Positions 29,911 through 41,309 of a DNA stretch of 64,000 nt are shown here, piece by piece (the stretch's first letter is position 1; every line of letters starts with the position of its first letter). The notes beneath the pieces were generated by a model. It saw only the letters and a list, made by a program, of their open reading frames with translations. It had not been told where the DNA came from and searched no databases. A program made the position numbers and the translations under genes. The stretch is from Steroidobacteraceae bacterium. Its GTDB lineage: Bacteria > Pseudomonadota > Gammaproteobacteria > Steroidobacterales > Steroidobacteraceae. Location of the stretch: assembly GCA_036263775.1 (NCBI GenBank), contig DATATA010000074.1:6782-70781 (forward strand), written 5' to 3'.

Positions 29911-31305
29911 ATGACAGCAACCACCCGCGTCGAGCGCGACAGTTTGGGAACGCTCGACGTGCCGGCCGACGCGTTATGGGGCGCCCAAACGCAGCGCGCA
30001 ATTCAGAACTTTCCGCCCAGCGGCCTGCGCATGCCGCGCGCCTTCATCCGGGCGTTGGCTCTGATCAAGCATGCGGCGGCAAAAGCGAACGCGGAACTAG
30101 GCGACCTGCCGCCGGCCATTGCCGCGGCAATTTCAGGAGCCGCGCTGCAGGTGGCCTCCGGCCGCCATGATGATCAGTTTCCGGTGGATGTATTTCAGAC
30201 CGGCTCCGGCACCAGCAGCAATATGAACGCCAACGAAGTGATTGCGTCGCTGGCAACCCGCTCGCTCGGATCGCCCGTGCACGCGCACGACCAGGTGAAC
30301 ATGAGTCAGAGCAGCAATGACGTGGTGCCGACCGCCATCCATGTTTCAGCTGCGTTGCTGTTGCATGAACAATTGCTGCCGGCGCTCGCGCGATTGCGGG
30401 AAGTCTTGGCCGGGCGGAGCGCGGAGTTTGCCGGAATCGCCAAAACCGGCCGCACGCACTTGATGGATGCGATGCCCATTACGCTGGGGCAGGAATTGAG
30501 CGCCTGGCAGGCGCAGATCGCCGCTTGCGAGGCACGCTTGACGTCGGTCGCTCCGCGGCTGCAGGCATTGGCGCAAGGCGGCACGGCGGTGGGCACGGGA
30601 ATCAATGCCCGGGCGCAATTCGGCGCGGTGTTCGCCCGTCATCTTGCGGAGCGCACGGGAATCGCATTTCAACCGAGCGCAAATTATTTCGAGGCATTAG
30701 CGAGCCAGGATACGGCCGTGGAACTGTCGGGCCAGCTCAAGGTCTTGAGCGTGAGCCTCACGAAGATCGCGAACGACTTGCGATGGATGAACAGCGGACC
30801 GCTCGCGGGCTTGGCGGAGATTGCATTGCCTGCGCTGCAGCCGGGCAGCAGCATCATGCCGGGCAAAGTGAATCCGGTGGTGGCCGAGTCGGTGACCATG
30901 ATTGCGGCGCAGGTAATCGGCAATGATTCGACCATCACGCTGGCAGGTCAGTCGGGTAATTTCCAGCTGAACGTCATGCTGCCCGTGATCGCGTATAACC
31001 TGTTGCAGAGCATCGAACTGCTCGCGATCGGCAGCCGTAACCTCGCCGATCACGCGTTGGCCGGATTCAACGCCAACCCGGACCGAATGCAGGAGGCATT
31101 GGCGCGCAATCCGATCCTGGTCACGGCGCTCAATCCGCGCATCGGCTACGAAAAGGGCGCGGCGATTGCAAAGAAAGCCTATAAGGAAGGCCGCCCCATT
31201 CTGGATGTTGCCGCCGAAATGACCGACTTGAGCATCGATGAACTCAAGCGGCTGTTGGATCCGATGTCCCTCACGCGAGGAGGCATCAAGGGTGCCGGCG
31301 GCTGA
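29911..31305 (+). CDS. fumC: Class II fumarate hydratase
   Basis: GAQTQRA, TGSGTSSNMN, and the GSSIMPGKVNP signature. 464 aa. Confidence 0.93.
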   Translation: MTATTRVERDSLGTLDVPADALWGAQTQRAIQNFPPSGLRMPRAFIRALALIKHAAAKANAELGDLPPAIAAAISGAALQVASGRHDDQFPVDVFQTGSGTSSNMNANEVIASLATRSLGSPVHAHDQVNMSQSSNDVVPTAIHVSAALLLHEQLLPALARLREVLAGRSAEFAGIAKTGRTHLMDAMPITLGQELSAWQAQIAACEARLTSVAPRLQALAQGGTAVGTGINARAQFGAVFARHLAERTGIAFQPSANYFEALASQDTAVELSGQLKVLSVSLTKIANDLRWMNSGPLAGLAEIALPALQPGSSIMPGKVNPVVAESVTMIAAQVIGNDSTITLAGQSGNFQLNVMLPVIAYNLLQSIELLAIGSRNLADHALAGFNANPDRMQEALARNPILVTALNPRIGYEKGAAIAKKAYKEGRPILDVAAEMTDLSIDELKRLLDPMSLTRGGIKGAGG

Positions 31306-31313
31306 GTTTGACC

Positions 31314-31964
31314 ATGGACGCGCTCTTCACCAAACAGCACATCCGCGCTGCGTTAGATCCGTCGCCGTCGACCCCTGAGGAGGACTTGCACTGGCTGGCC
31401 GCGGCACCGCCCGAGGTTGCCGCCCGGGTCCGCGCAACCTTGCCGACGCGCCGCACCCCGGCGGCCGTGCTCGTGCCGCTGGTGGAACACGGCACGGGAA
31501 TGACCGTCTTGTTGACACAGCGCGCGACGACGCTCAAGGACCATGCCGGTCAGATCAGCTTTCCGGGCGGCCGCATCGAGCCCCAGGATGCCGATGCCTG
31601 GCACGCCGCGCTGCGCGAGGCGTTTGAGGAGATCGGCCTTCAGTCCGGACTGGTGGAGTTCGCCGGCTACCTGCCCGACCACATCGTGATATCGGGCTTC
31701 CGGGTGACGCCCGTGGTCGGCTTCGTCAAACCGCAATATCAGCTCAAAATCGCCACCGCAGAGGTGCACGATGTTTTCGAGGTGCCCCTGGACTACATCT
31801 TGGATGCCGCCAATCACAAATCGCGCCAGCGCATGATTGGAGAGTTGACCATCGACATTCACGACATTCCCTACGGCGATCGCAACATCTGGGGCGCGAC
31901 GGCCGGGATGCTGATGACCCTGCGCCGGCTGCTGCTGCAGGCGAATTCCACCCCGCCCGCATGA
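31314..31964 (+). CDS. NUDIX hydrolase, CoA pyrophosphatase-like
   Basis: NUDIX box GGRIEPQDADAWHAALREAFEEIGL preceded by FPGG. I prefer the ATG at 31314 over the TTG at 31308. Confidence 0.75.
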   Translation: MDALFTKQHIRAALDPSPSTPEEDLHWLAAAPPEVAARVRATLPTRRTPAAVLVPLVEHGTGMTVLLTQRATTLKDHAGQISFPGGRIEPQDADAWHAALREAFEEIGLQSGLVEFAGYLPDHIVISGFRVTPVVGFVKPQYQLKIATAEVHDVFEVPLDYILDAANHKSRQRMIGELTIDIHDIPYGDRNIWGATAGMLMTLRRLLLQANSTPPA

Positions 31965-32740
31965 GCGCGAGAATCATGGAACTCTTGGCGATAATGGCGC
32001 GTTTGCGTGCCGCGGATGGCTGCCCGTGGGACCGCCGGCAGACCTTCGCCAGCATTGCGCCCTTTACCGTCGAGGAGGCTTACGAGGTTGCCGATGCGAT
32101 TGAACGCGGCGACTTGGGCGAGCTCAAATCCGAGCTCGGCGATCTTTTATTCCAAGTGGTGTTTCACGCGCAAATGGCGCAGGAGGCGGGCGAATTTGAT
32201 TTCGACGCCGTGGCGGGAGCCATTTGCGACAAGCTCACGCGGCGCCATCCTCATGTATTCGGCGCCGGCCGCCCTTTGAGCATGGCCGAGCAGAGCGCGG
32301 CGTGGGAGGACATCAAGGCTGCGGAGCGCGCCGCGACGGCTGATTCGGCGTTGCATGGAGTGCCGAACACACTGCCGGCGCTGCTCCGCGCCTACAAGCT
32401 CAGCAAGCGCGCCGCCCGCGTCGGCTTCGACTTCGAGCACGCGGGGCAATGCGCCGACAAGGTCGATGAGGAGCTTGCGGAAGTGCGTGCCGCGTCGCGC
32501 GACGGACCTGGCGCGTCGCCGGAGATTTTTGAAGAGATCGGCGATCTCTTGTTCGCGGCCGCGAATCTCGCACGGAAATTGGAGGTCGATGCTGAAGCGG
32601 CCTTGCGCGCCGCCAATGCGAAATTCGAGCGTCGATTTCGCGGCATGGAGGCCCTGGCCGCGCAGCGCGGTCAAGTGTTCGCCGAGCTGGATCTGGCGGC
32701 CCAAGAGAGTCTCTGGCAAGCCGTCAAGCGTGGCGGGTAA
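31961..32740 (+). CDS. mazG: Nucleoside triphosphate pyrophosphohydrolase MazG
   Basis: CPWDRRQTF, EEAYEV, ELGDLLFQVV, and a second EExxE/D repeat (EEIGDLLF). Confidence 0.88.
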   Translation: MSARIMELLAIMARLRAADGCPWDRRQTFASIAPFTVEEAYEVADAIERGDLGELKSELGDLLFQVVFHAQMAQEAGEFDFDAVAGAICDKLTRRHPHVFGAGRPLSMAEQSAAWEDIKAAERAATADSALHGVPNTLPALLRAYKLSKRAARVGFDFEHAGQCADKVDEELAEVRAASRDGPGASPEIFEEIGDLLFAAANLARKLEVDAEAALRAANAKFERRFRGMEALAAQRGQVFAELDLAAQESLWQAVKRGG

Positions 32741-32743
32741 GCC

Positions 32744-35700
32744 ATGATCGATGAGGATCGGGCGGCGCGCCTGGCCGCAGCGCGCGCGGCACAGCAGTTC
32801 ACGTTCAAGCACGATCCGGCATTGCCCATCACGGCCCGGCGCGAGGCGATTGTGCAGGCACTGCAGGAGCGCCAGGTGCTCATCGTCGCCGGCGACACCG
32901 GATCGGGCAAGAGTACTCAGCTTCCGCAATATTGTCTGGAGCTGAATCGAGGCATGGCAGGATTGATTGCGCACACGCAACCCCGGCGCCTGGCGGCGCG
33001 CGCCTTGGGCGCGCGGATTGCCGAGGAAGTGGGCCAAGCCTTGGGGCGGGGCGTGGGGTTTCGAGTGCGTTTCGCGGACCAGGTGTCCGATGCGACCCGG
33101 CTCCTGCTCATGACCGATGGGCTGTTGCTTGCTGAACTGACGTCCGATCCGCTGCTGCGCCGTTACGACACCATCATCGTGGATGAGGCGCATGAGCGCA
33201 CGCTCAACGTCGATTTGCTGCTGGGCGTGCTCAAACGCTTGCTGCCGCGCCGGTCCGACCTCAAGCTCATCGTGACCTCCGCGACGCTGGACGTCGAGCG
33301 GGTATCGAGGTTCTTCGATGATGCACCCATCATCACCGTCAGCGGCCGCAGCTTTCCCATTGAATTACGCTACTCGAGTGCCACGGAGGACGAGGAACTC
33401 GACCTGCCGCTCGCCGTGCTCGAAGCCTGCCAAGAGATAGCCGGCGAACCCGGCGATATCGGCAACGGCGATATATTGGTGTTTCTTCCGGGCGAGCGTG
33501 AGATTCGCGACGTCGGCGAGCTCTTGGAACGCGAACTGCAGTCTCGCGTCGAGGTCTTGAGCCTATATTCGCGTCTCTCTTGGGAGCAGCAGAGCAAGAT
33601 TTTTCAGCGCGGCGCACGCCAGCGCATCGTGCTGTCGACCAATGTGGCGGAAACATCGATCACCGTCCCCGGTATTCGCGCCGTCGTCGATACCGGCCTC
33701 GCGCGCATCAGCCGCTACAGCGTACGCAATCGGCTGCAGCGCCTGCCCATTGAGCCAATTGCACGCGCCAGTGCCGATCAGCGCAAGGGCCGCTGCGGCA
33801 GGCTCGGAGCGGGCCTGTGCCTGCGTCTATTCACTGAAGAGGACTATGAACAGCGGGCCGCCTTCACGGAGCCCGAGGTGCTGCGTACCAATCTGGCGGC
33901 GCTGCTGCTGCGATTGGCAGCCGATGGGCTAGGCCAGGCGGAGGAGTTTCCTTTCATCGACGCGCCCGATTCACGCGCGCTCAATGACGGCTATCGCCTG
34001 CTGCAGGAGCTTCAGGCACTCGATGAGAATCGGTGCATCACGCGCCGCGGCCGCGCGATGGCGCGGCTGCCGCTCGACCCTCGCCTAAGCCGCGCGCTGC
34101 TGGAGAGCAAGCGCTTTCATGCGCAGCGCGAGTTGTTGGCCATCGTCTCAGGCTTGAGTGTGCCGGACGTGCGTGTGGGCGATGATCCGCCGGCCGGCGC
34201 CGCCTTCGAGGATTCCAAGTCGGAATTTTCCGGCCTGCTCAAGCTCTGGAGCGCTTATCGAATGGCGCGCGAGGGCCCGCGGCGCGAACTGCGCCGTTGG
34301 TGCAAGGAGCGGCATTTATCGTTGCTGCGGCTGTCCGAGTGGGACGATGTATACACCCAGGTTGTCGACCGGGCGCGCGAACTCGGCATCATTGCGCAAA
34401 GCCTCAAGGCCAGTTACACCGGCGTGCATCGCTCCTTGCTGGCGGGCTTCTGCACCATGGTCGGGGCGCGTGCTGAAGACGGCGTGTATACCGGAACGCG
34501 CGGGGTGCATTTTCATATTTTCCCAGGCTCTCCGCTGGCCCGCCGGCGTCCTCGTTGGGTGATGGCGGCCGGCATCGTCGAGACTTCGCGGGTGTTTGCG
34601 CGGCGCGTGGCGGAAATCGAACCTATGTGGATCGAGGCCGCTGCGGCGCATCTGGTGAAGCGTGAATACCTGGAGCCCGATTGGGATGAAGCGCGCGAGG
34701 AAGTGGCGGCGCGTGAGCGGGTCACGTTCCTCGGTCTCATTTTAAGTGCCGGACGCGTGGTGAACTATGGACCGATCGCGCCGGAGGAGTCGCGCCGCAT
34801 TTTCGCGCGTGAAGCATTGGTGTATCAGCGGCTGCAGCGCCGGCCCGAATGGCTGGCCGCGAACGATGCCGCCGTGCGCGAGGCGCAACAGGCCGAGGAG
34901 CGACTGCGGACGCGCGACCTGGTGCAGGGCGCCGAGTCCTTCGTCGATTTTTACGACCAACGCCTGCCGCGTCAGGTTTCCAGCGCCGCGACCTTGGAGC
35001 ACTTCAGCCGCCACCTCGCGCCGGACCAACGCGCAGGCTTGACATTGACGCCGGCGCTCATTTTCGCACGGCTGCCGGAATCAGAAGCGCTCGAGCGCTT
35101 CCCTGAACAGACGCGTGTGGATGGATTGTGCGTCCCGGTCGAATATCGCTTCGCTCCAGGCGAAGCTCAGGACGGCGCCGACATCAAAGTGCCTTTGCTG
35201 GCACTGCCCGGACTCACGCGCGCGCTGGTCGATGCCGCGATTCCGGGCTTGGCAGCGCCGCGCATCGAGGCGCTGCTGCGCTCGCTGCCGAAGGAAGCTC
35301 GCCGCGGCTTGATTCCGGTTGCGGCCAGCGCCGCGGAATTTCTGGCGCAAACACCGGCCGGCGCCGCGGATGCAGAACGCTTGAGAGCCTGGCTCAAAGA
35401 ACGGCGTGCCGTGCCTGAGCATCTGATTCGCTTCGCAGCCGCGGCAATTCCCGCCCACCTCACCGCGCACCTGACCATTCTGCAGGGCGGCCAACCGATC
35501 GCGCGCGGCACCGATCTTGCGCAGCTGCGCAGGCAATGTGCCGCGGCGGCTGAAGCGGAACTTGAACGCCACGCGCGCGCGGTCTTCCCGCTCATCGGCA
35601 GTTGGCGCAAGTTTGAAAGTGACGAATTGCCCGATCGCGTGCCGCTCGCATTGGAGCAGGGCTCGATTTGGGTTTACCCAACACTGCGGCAGCGGGGCTC

Positions 35701-36469
35701 GATACTGCGGCCGCAGTATGAATGGACTGATGAAGAGGCGCAGCGCACCTGGCGACAGGGCGCCGTGCGGCTGGCGCGCGCCATGCTCGAGCGTCAATCC
35801 CGGGATCTGGCCAAGGTCATCGAGGGTTCCGTTTCCTTGCTGCTGAGCGCCAGCGGTTACCTGCGGAGCGAGGAACTCGTGGATTCGTTGCTGCATATTG
35901 CTTTTCGCGATGCGTGTTTCGCCGATGCCGAGCCGCCGCGCACACGAGATGCCTTCAACGCCGCGGTTGACCAAGGACGCTCACGTCTGTACCCGTGCTT
36001 GGAGGAGATCACCGCCATGGCATCGGATTGGCTGAAGGAGGCAGCGGCAGTGCGCCGGGCAGTCGAAGGTGCCCGTGTCCATCTTCTGGCGGATGCCGCT
36101 GAAGAGACGCGCGGGCATCTTAGCCGGCTGTTCGATCATCGGATCCTGCAAGAGACATCCATGGAGTGGCTGCGTCAACTGCCGCGCTATCTCAAGGCGG
36201 AACAGCGCCGCTGGCAGCGCAATAGCGTTCGGGGCGGCGAACCGACGCATATTGCGGGGGAGCTTCAGGAGTGGTCGGCTCGCCATCAGAATCTCGTGCA
36301 GCAATTGGATGCCGAATTGCGCTGGACGCCCAAGCTCGACGAACTGCGCTTCTGGATCGAGGAATACCGCGTTTCCCTCTACGCCCAGGAATTGAAAACC
36401 CTGGGTCCGATTTCTGCGGCGCGCTTGACGCAGCGAGCGGCGGAAATCGAGGCATGGTTGCGCCGCTAG
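32744..36469 (+). CDS. hrpA: ATP-dependent RNA helicase HrpA (DEAH box)
   Basis: [41 protein letters not shown] and QRKGRCGR. The ~1240 aa length is typical of HrpA. Confidence 0.92.
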   Translation: MIDEDRAARLAAARAAQQFTFKHDPALPITARREAIVQALQERQVLIVAGDTGSGKSTQLPQYCLELNRGMAGLIAHTQPRRLAARALGARIAEEVGQALGRGVGFRVRFADQVSDATRLLLMTDGLLLAELTSDPLLRRYDTIIVDEAHERTLNVDLLLGVLKRLLPRRSDLKLIVTSATLDVERVSRFFDDAPIITVSGRSFPIELRYSSATEDEELDLPLAVLEACQEIAGEPGDIGNGDILVFLPGEREIRDVGELLERELQSRVEVLSLYSRLSWEQQSKIFQRGARQRIVLSTNVAETSITVPGIRAVVDTGLARISRYSVRNRLQRLPIEPIARASADQRKGRCGRLGAGLCLRLFTEEDYEQRAAFTEPEVLRTNLAALLLRLAADGLGQAEEFPFIDAPDSRALNDGYRLLQELQALDENRCITRRGRAMARLPLDPRLSRALLESKRFHAQRELLAIVSGLSVPDVRVGDDPPAGAAFEDSKSEFSGLLKLWSAYRMAREGPRRELRRWCKERHLSLLRLSEWDDVYTQVVDRARELGIIAQSLKASYTGVHRSLLAGFCTMVGARAEDGVYTGTRGVHFHIFPGSPLARRRPRWVMAAGIVETSRVFARRVAEIEPMWIEAAAAHLVKREYLEPDWDEAREEVAARERVTFLGLILSAGRVVNYGPIAPEESRRIFAREALVYQRLQRRPEWLAANDAAVREAQQAEERLRTRDLVQGAESFVDFYDQRLPRQVSSAATLEHFSRHLAPDQRAGLTLTPALIFARLPESEALERFPEQTRVDGLCVPVEYRFAPGEAQDGADIKVPLLALPGLTRALVDAAIPGLAAPRIEALLRSLPKEARRGLIPVAASAAEFLAQTPAGAADAERLRAWLKERRAVPEHLIRFAAAAIPAHLTAHLTILQGGQPIARGTDLAQLRRQCAAAAEAELERHARAVFPLIGSWRKFESDELPDRVPLALEQGSIWVYPTLRQRGSILRPQYEWTDEEAQRTWRQGAVRLARAMLERQSRDLAKVIEGSVSLLLSASGYLRSEELVDSLLHIAFRDACFADAEPPRTRDAFNAAVDQGRSRLYPCLEEITAMASDWLKEAAAVRRAVEGARVHLLADAAEETRGHLSRLFDHRILQETSMEWLRQLPRYLKAEQRRWQRNSVRGGEPTHIAGELQEWSARHQNLVQQLDAELRWTPKLDELRFWIEEYRVSLYAQELKTLGPISAARLTQRAAEIEAWLRR

Positions 36470-37995
36470 ACGTCGAATTTAATTCCCTGCGCGAGTGCCA
36501 TTTGTCCGCTCCAGTTGATGGTGTTGGTCTGGCGGCGCATGTACGCCTTCCACGAATCGGAGCCGGCCTCGCGGCCGCCGCCCGTGTCCTTTTCACCGCC
36601 GAACGCACCGCCGATCTCGGCGCCGGATGTGCCTAGATTCACATTGGCAATTCCGCAGTCGCTGCCGTCGGCGGAAAGGAATCGCTCCGTGGCCTGCAAG
36701 CTGTCTGAAAAAATGGCGGACGAAAGGCCGTAGGCCACCGAATTCTGCAGCGCCAAGGCCTGCTCGAGCGTGTCGTAGCTCAAGAGATATAAAATGGGCG
36801 CAAATGTTTCAGTACGCACCACTGCCATGCCGGCATTGGCGCGAATGATGGTGGGCTCGACGAAATTGCCGGCCTTCCTGAGCACCTTGCCGCCGTACAG
36901 CACCTGTCCGCCTTCCGCTTGCGCCGCGGCGATGGCGGTGGTGTAGCGCGATACCGAATTTGCATCGATCAAGGGCCCCATGAGAGTCTCCGGGTCGAGC
37001 GGATCGCCGATGCGCACTTGTGCGTAGGCGGCCATCAGGCGCCGCTCGAGCTCCGCAGCCCGCGAGCGATGCACGAGTACGCGCCGGGTGGTCGTGCAGC
37101 GCTGGCCGGCCGTTCCCACGGCGCCGAATACGATTGCCGGCACCGCGAGGTCCAAATTGGCGTGCTCATCCACGATGAGCGCGTTATTGCCGCCCAGCTC
37201 GAGCAGGCTCTTGCCGAGACGCTCGGCGACACGCACGCCAACCTGCTTGCCCACATGCGTGGATCCCGTAAATGACACCAGCGCGACACGGCGATCATCG
37301 ACGAACCGGCCGGCAAGCTCCGTCCCCGCGTCGATGAAAACTTGGAATATGGCAGGCAGTGAAAGCCGTTCCATGACGCGGTTGCAAACCTGCTGTACGG
37401 CGAGCGCGCACAACGAGGTCTTGGGCGAGGGCTTCCACACGGTGGCATTGCCGGTGATGGCGGCCAAGAATGCATTCCAAGCCCATACGGCGACGGGAAA
37501 ATTGAACGCGGAGATCACGCCCACCACGCCGAGCGGGTGCCATTGTTCGTACATGCGATGCTGCGCCCGCTCCGAATGCATGGTGTTGCCATAGAGCATG
37601 CGCGCCTGTCCGACCGCAAAATCGGCGATATCGATCATTTCTTGGACCTCGCCGTCGCCCTCAGCCTTGATCTTGCCGTTTTCCAGCGACACCAGGCTGC
37701 CGAGCGCACCTTTGATGATGCGCAGCTCCTCGCCGATGAGACGCACCGCCTCGCCGCGCTTCGGCGCCGGCACGCGCCGCCACGCTGCGGCGGCAGCCAC
37801 GGCCGCACTCATGACGTGCTCGTAGTCTGCGGCGGTTGCGGCGCGCACCTGCGCCAGCCGCTGACCGTTCGAAGGACTGATGGAATCGATCACGGGTCCG
37901 GTTGTGTCGGTGCTCCAGCCACGAGTCCCGGACCATGCGCCGGCGTTGATGTCCCGAAGCCCCAAGGTTTCGAGCGGATTGCTGCTTTGCTTCAT
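36466..37995 (-). CDS. Aldehyde dehydrogenase, ALDH7 / piperideine-6-carboxylate (alpha-aminoadipic semialdehyde) dehydrogenase type
   Basis: ALDH7-like N-terminus (...[17 protein letters not shown]), ELGGNNA, and the catalytic Cys in GQRCTT. Overlaps the hrpA 3' end by 4 nt, convergently. Confidence 0.8.
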   Translation of the reverse strand: MKQSSNPLETLGLRDINAGAWSGTRGWSTDTTGPVIDSISPSNGQRLAQVRAATAADYEHVMSAAVAAAAAWRRVPAPKRGEAVRLIGEELRIIKGALGSLVSLENGKIKAEGDGEVQEMIDIADFAVGQARMLYGNTMHSERAQHRMYEQWHPLGVVGVISAFNFPVAVWAWNAFLAAITGNATVWKPSPKTSLCALAVQQVCNRVMERLSLPAIFQVFIDAGTELAGRFVDDRRVALVSFTGSTHVGKQVGVRVAERLGKSLLELGGNNALIVDEHANLDLAVPAIVFGAVGTAGQRCTTTRRVLVHRSRAAELERRLMAAYAQVRIGDPLDPETLMGPLIDANSVSRYTTAIAAAQAEGGQVLYGGKVLRKAGNFVEPTIIRANAGMAVVRTETFAPILYLLSYDTLEQALALQNSVAYGLSSAIFSDSLQATERFLSADGSDCGIANVNLGTSGAEIGGAFGGEKDTGGGREAGSDSWKAYMRRQTNTINWSGQMALAQGIKFDV

Positions 37996-38076
37996 AGTGG
38001 ATTCTCGGATCAGCCGGTCATGAGTGAAGGGGCCGCATTTTGACTTGGCAGAGCGTACAACGCTAGCATCTCAGGC

Positions 38077-39465
38077 GTGTCGAACACTCCCGCCCTGACC
38101 AATTGGCATCCCGCGACCTGGCAGGGCCGTCCTGCCGCGCAACAGCCCAAGTATGCCGATGCACCCGCTTTGGAGCGTGCGGTCGCCTCGTTGAGCCGAC
38201 TGCCGCCCTTGGTGGTTTCCTGGGAGATCGAGGCGCTCAACGCCAAGCTCGCCCGGGCGCAGCGCGGCGAGCAATTTCTGCTGCAGGGCGGCGATTGCGC
38301 CGAAAGTTTCGAGGACTGCGAATCCGACAACATTGCAAGACGGCTCAAAATCCTGCTGCAGATGAGCTTGGTCCTGCTGCAGGGCCTGAAGAAACCCATC
38401 GTGCGGGTGGGCCGGTTTGCCGGCCAATACGCCAAGCCGCGCTCGGCCGACACCGAGACCCGCGACGGCCTGACGCTGCCTTGCTACCGTGGCGACAATG
38501 TCAATCGGCCTGGGTTTACCGCAACGGAACGCGAGCCGGATCCGGAACTGCTGCTGCGTGGCTATGAGCGCGCCTCGCTGACCTTGAATTTCGTGCGCGC
38601 CTTGATAGACGGCGGCTTTGCCGACTTGCATCACCCGGAATACTGGGACTTGGGGTTCTTGCGGCATGCGCCGCTGCGCGACGCGTACCAGCAGATCGTC
38701 GACTCGATTGCCGAGTCGATGGATTTTTTCGAATCGATGAGCGGCCAGCGCGTCCACGCGGCCACGCGTGTCGATTTCTACACCAGTCACGAGGGGTTGC
38801 ATCTGCTCTCGGAACAGGCGCAGACGCGCTACATCGAGCGGCAGAAGCGCTGGTACAACTTGTCGACGCACATGCCCTGGATCGGCATGCGCACGGCCAA
38901 CATCGACGGCGCACATGTCGAGTATTTTCGGGGGATAGCCAATCCGATCGGCGTGAAAATCGGCGCATCGATGAGCGCGGAGTGGCTGCAGGAATTGATT
39001 CAAGTCTTGAATCCGCAAAATCTGCCGGGCCGCCTGACGCTGATCCATAGATTCGGCGTCAAGGACATCGAGCAACGGCTGCCCGGCATGATCCGCGCGG
39101 TCCGCGCCACCGGCTCGCAGGTGCTGTGGGTCTGCGATCCCATGCACGGCAACACCGAGACCACGGCAGGCGGCGTCAAGACGCGGCGCTTCGATAATAT
39201 ATTGGGCGAGGTCGAGGCTGCGTTTCGCATTCACAGCGAAGAGGGCTCGATGCTGGGCGGCGTGCATATCGAGCTCACCGGAGAGGATGTGACCGAGTGC
39301 GTCGGCGGTGCGCGCGGATTGACCGAGAATGATCTGGTAAGGGCGTACCGATCGCAAGTCGACCCGCGCCTGAACGCAGAGCAGGCGCTGGAATTGGCCA
39401 TGTTGATTGCGCGCCGCGCGGGCGCACGGCATCTGAAGGCCAAGGCGCCGCGGCCGGCGGCCTAA
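38077..39465 (+). CDS. 3-deoxy-7-phosphoheptulonate (DAHP) synthase, class II
   Basis: W.P.SW..RPAAQQPKY N-terminus, LLQGGDCAESF, RFAGQYAKPRS and CDPMHGNT motifs. GTG start. Confidence 0.9.
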   Translation: MSNTPALTNWHPATWQGRPAAQQPKYADAPALERAVASLSRLPPLVVSWEIEALNAKLARAQRGEQFLLQGGDCAESFEDCESDNIARRLKILLQMSLVLLQGLKKPIVRVGRFAGQYAKPRSADTETRDGLTLPCYRGDNVNRPGFTATEREPDPELLLRGYERASLTLNFVRALIDGGFADLHHPEYWDLGFLRHAPLRDAYQQIVDSIAESMDFFESMSGQRVHAATRVDFYTSHEGLHLLSEQAQTRYIERQKRWYNLSTHMPWIGMRTANIDGAHVEYFRGIANPIGVKIGASMSAEWLQELIQVLNPQNLPGRLTLIHRFGVKDIEQRLPGMIRAVRATGSQVLWVCDPMHGNTETTAGGVKTRRFDNILGEVEAAFRIHSEEGSMLGGVHIELTGEDVTECVGGARGLTENDLVRAYRSQVDPRLNAEQALELAMLIARRAGARHLKAKAPRPAA

Positions 39466-39470
39466 AGACC

Positions 39471-39827
39471 ATGACGCTCGCCAATTTCTTGAAGGAGCCC
39501 CTGGAAGGGAAGACCTCACTGTCGCGGGTGATCTGGCTTTACGGGATCGTGGGCTCGCTGTTGTTTGGCTCGATCGAATTGTTTCTCAATCCCGAGAATC
39601 AGTTCATCATGCGCATGTACACGATTCTCGGGCTGTTCTTCAGCCTCTATGTGACGGTCGCCACGTATCGCTGCGCGGGAAACGCCCGATCGCCGTTAGT
39701 TGCGCGCTTCGTGCGGGTCTGCGCCGTCATCTCGGTATTGCTGTTGCCGGTGCTGGCCTATCTCGAGCTGGCCGGAGCGCTGGATCGGATGCTCGCCGGC
39801 CTGCTGGGAGGCCAACTGCCTGAGTGA
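39471..39827 (+). CDS. Small integral membrane protein, hypothetical
   Basis: Three predicted hydrophobic helices. No recognised motif. Confidence 0.45.
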   Translation: MTLANFLKEPLEGKTSLSRVIWLYGIVGSLLFGSIELFLNPENQFIMRMYTILGLFFSLYVTVATYRCAGNARSPLVARFVRVCAVISVLLLPVLAYLELAGALDRMLAGLLGGQLPE

Positions 39828-39843
39828 CGCTGCACGGCTCGAA

Positions 39844-40491
39844 GTGGATCATGCCTTCATTGGCTGCAGCAAAGATGCCCCTGAGGCAGACGCACTGCTG
39901 CGCCTGGGGCTGATCGAGGGTCCGCGCAACACGCACCCGGGCCAAGGCACGGCCAATCGCCGGTTCTTCTTCGAAAACTTCATGCTGGAGCTGGTGTGGG
40001 TGTCGGATTCCGCCGAGGCACAAAATGAGCGCACGCGCCGCACGCGCCTCTGGGATCGATGCGAACGCCGTGACGGGGCGGTCTCTCCGTTCGGAATTAT
40101 TTTCAGACCGTCGAGTGCGCAAGCCACAGCGGCCCCGTTTCCGACGTGGCACTACGCGCCGGCTTATTTGCCGCCGGGGCTCACCATACAGGTGGCCGAG
40201 GGTACGACCCTTGTTGAACCGGAGCTTTTCTATTTGCCGTTCCTCGAGCGCGCGGAGCGCGGCAGCGATGTTGAGCACGCGCTGCCGATCCGCCGAATTT
40301 GCGCTCTGTCGGTGGGCGTGCGCGGCTGCAGCGCCCTGTCGGCGGCGTCGCGCTGCGCCGAGCGGCACGGACTGGTGAAGTACTTTGAATCGCCGCAGCC
40401 GATGCTCGAGATTCTCTTTGAGGGTTCCCCAGGACTATGCTTCGACCTGCGGCCCGAATTGCCGTTGATATTTCGCAGCGCGCCGGGCTAG
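39844..40491 (+). CDS. Glyoxalase-like / VOC-family domain protein
   Basis: VDHAFIGC...G.GTANRRFFFENFMLELVWV resembles the Glyoxalase_3 type. The start is uncertain: a GTG at 39844, and the ORF is open from 39700. Confidence 0.5.
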   Translation: MDHAFIGCSKDAPEADALLRLGLIEGPRNTHPGQGTANRRFFFENFMLELVWVSDSAEAQNERTRRTRLWDRCERRDGAVSPFGIIFRPSSAQATAAPFPTWHYAPAYLPPGLTIQVAEGTTLVEPELFYLPFLERAERGSDVEHALPIRRICALSVGVRGCSALSAASRCAERHGLVKYFESPQPMLEILFEGSPGLCFDLRPELPLIFRSAPG

Positions 40492-40529
40492 GAGCTAGGA
40501 GAGTACACGCATGCGAGTCGCGCGCGGAT

Positions 40530-41309
40530 TCAAGTGCGCAGATAGCTCGCGCCGTTGACGTCGATGACGCAGCCGGTCATCGCAGCAGGTGCGTCGAGCG
40601 CGCAGTACACGGCGGCGCTCGCGACCTCGTCGGCGCGGTTCACCCGCCCCAAGGGATGCTGTGCGAGGATCGCCGGGCCGTCCGGACCTTCAAGGTGGCT
40701 GTTCGCCATTTCGGTCTCAACCCAGCCGGGCGCGACGCAGTAAACGTAGATCGCTTCCGCGGCCAGCGCCTTGGATAAGGATTGCGACATGGCATTGAGA
40801 CCGGCCTTGCTGGCAGCGTAGGCGGGGGCATCAGGTTCGCCGCGGAATGCGCCGCGCGACGAAATGTTGACGATTCGACCGCGGCCGAATACGGGATCCG
40901 CGTCGCGGGCAGCCATGCCATGGGCCGCAAGCAGCGACAAACTCGCGGGACCGACGAGATTGGTGATCAAGGTGTGCTGCCACGCAAATTGCCAGGCGTC
41001 ATAGGCGGTTTTCAAGGGCGGATGAAAGATATACAGTCCCGCGTTGTTGATCAGAATATTGACTGCGCCGAGAGATTCGGCCACGTGTTTCCAAAGTTTG
41101 CTCGCCTGCGCCGGGTCCGAAAGATCTGCGGCAAAGCTCGCGTGCCCGACGCCGGGCAGGCTCGCCAGGGTTTCTTCCGCCGCCTTGCGATTGTTACGGT
41201 AGTGAAGCGCCACGCGCACGCCCCGCTGCGCAAGCTGCAGGGCGATCACGCGGCCGATGCCGCGGGAAGCACCGGTCACCAGAGCCAGGGCGTTCTCGCT
41301 AGGGTGCAA
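40530..41309 (-). CDS. Short-chain dehydrogenase/reductase (SDR)
   Basis: TGASRGIG, NNAG and YAASKAG catalytic motifs. Confidence 0.85.
   Translation of the reverse strand: MHPSENALALVTGASRGIGRVIALQLAQRGVRVALHYRNNRKAAEETLASLPGVGHASFAADLSDPAQASKLWKHVAESLGAVNILINNAGLYIFHPPLKTAYDAWQFAWQHTLITNLVGPASLSLLAAHGMAARDADPVFGRGRIVNISSRGAFRGEPDAPAYAASKAGLNAMSQSLSKALAAEAIYVYCVAPGWVETEMANSHLEGPDGPAILAQHPLGRVNRADEVASAAVYCALDAPAAMTGCVIDVNGASYLRT

Noticed and set aside
38071-39519. 482-aa ORF on the minus strand
   Set aside because: It is fully antisense to the well-supported class II DAHP synthase gene. It is Arg/Ala/Gly/Leu-rich with no motifs. This is a typical shadow ORF of high-GC DNA.
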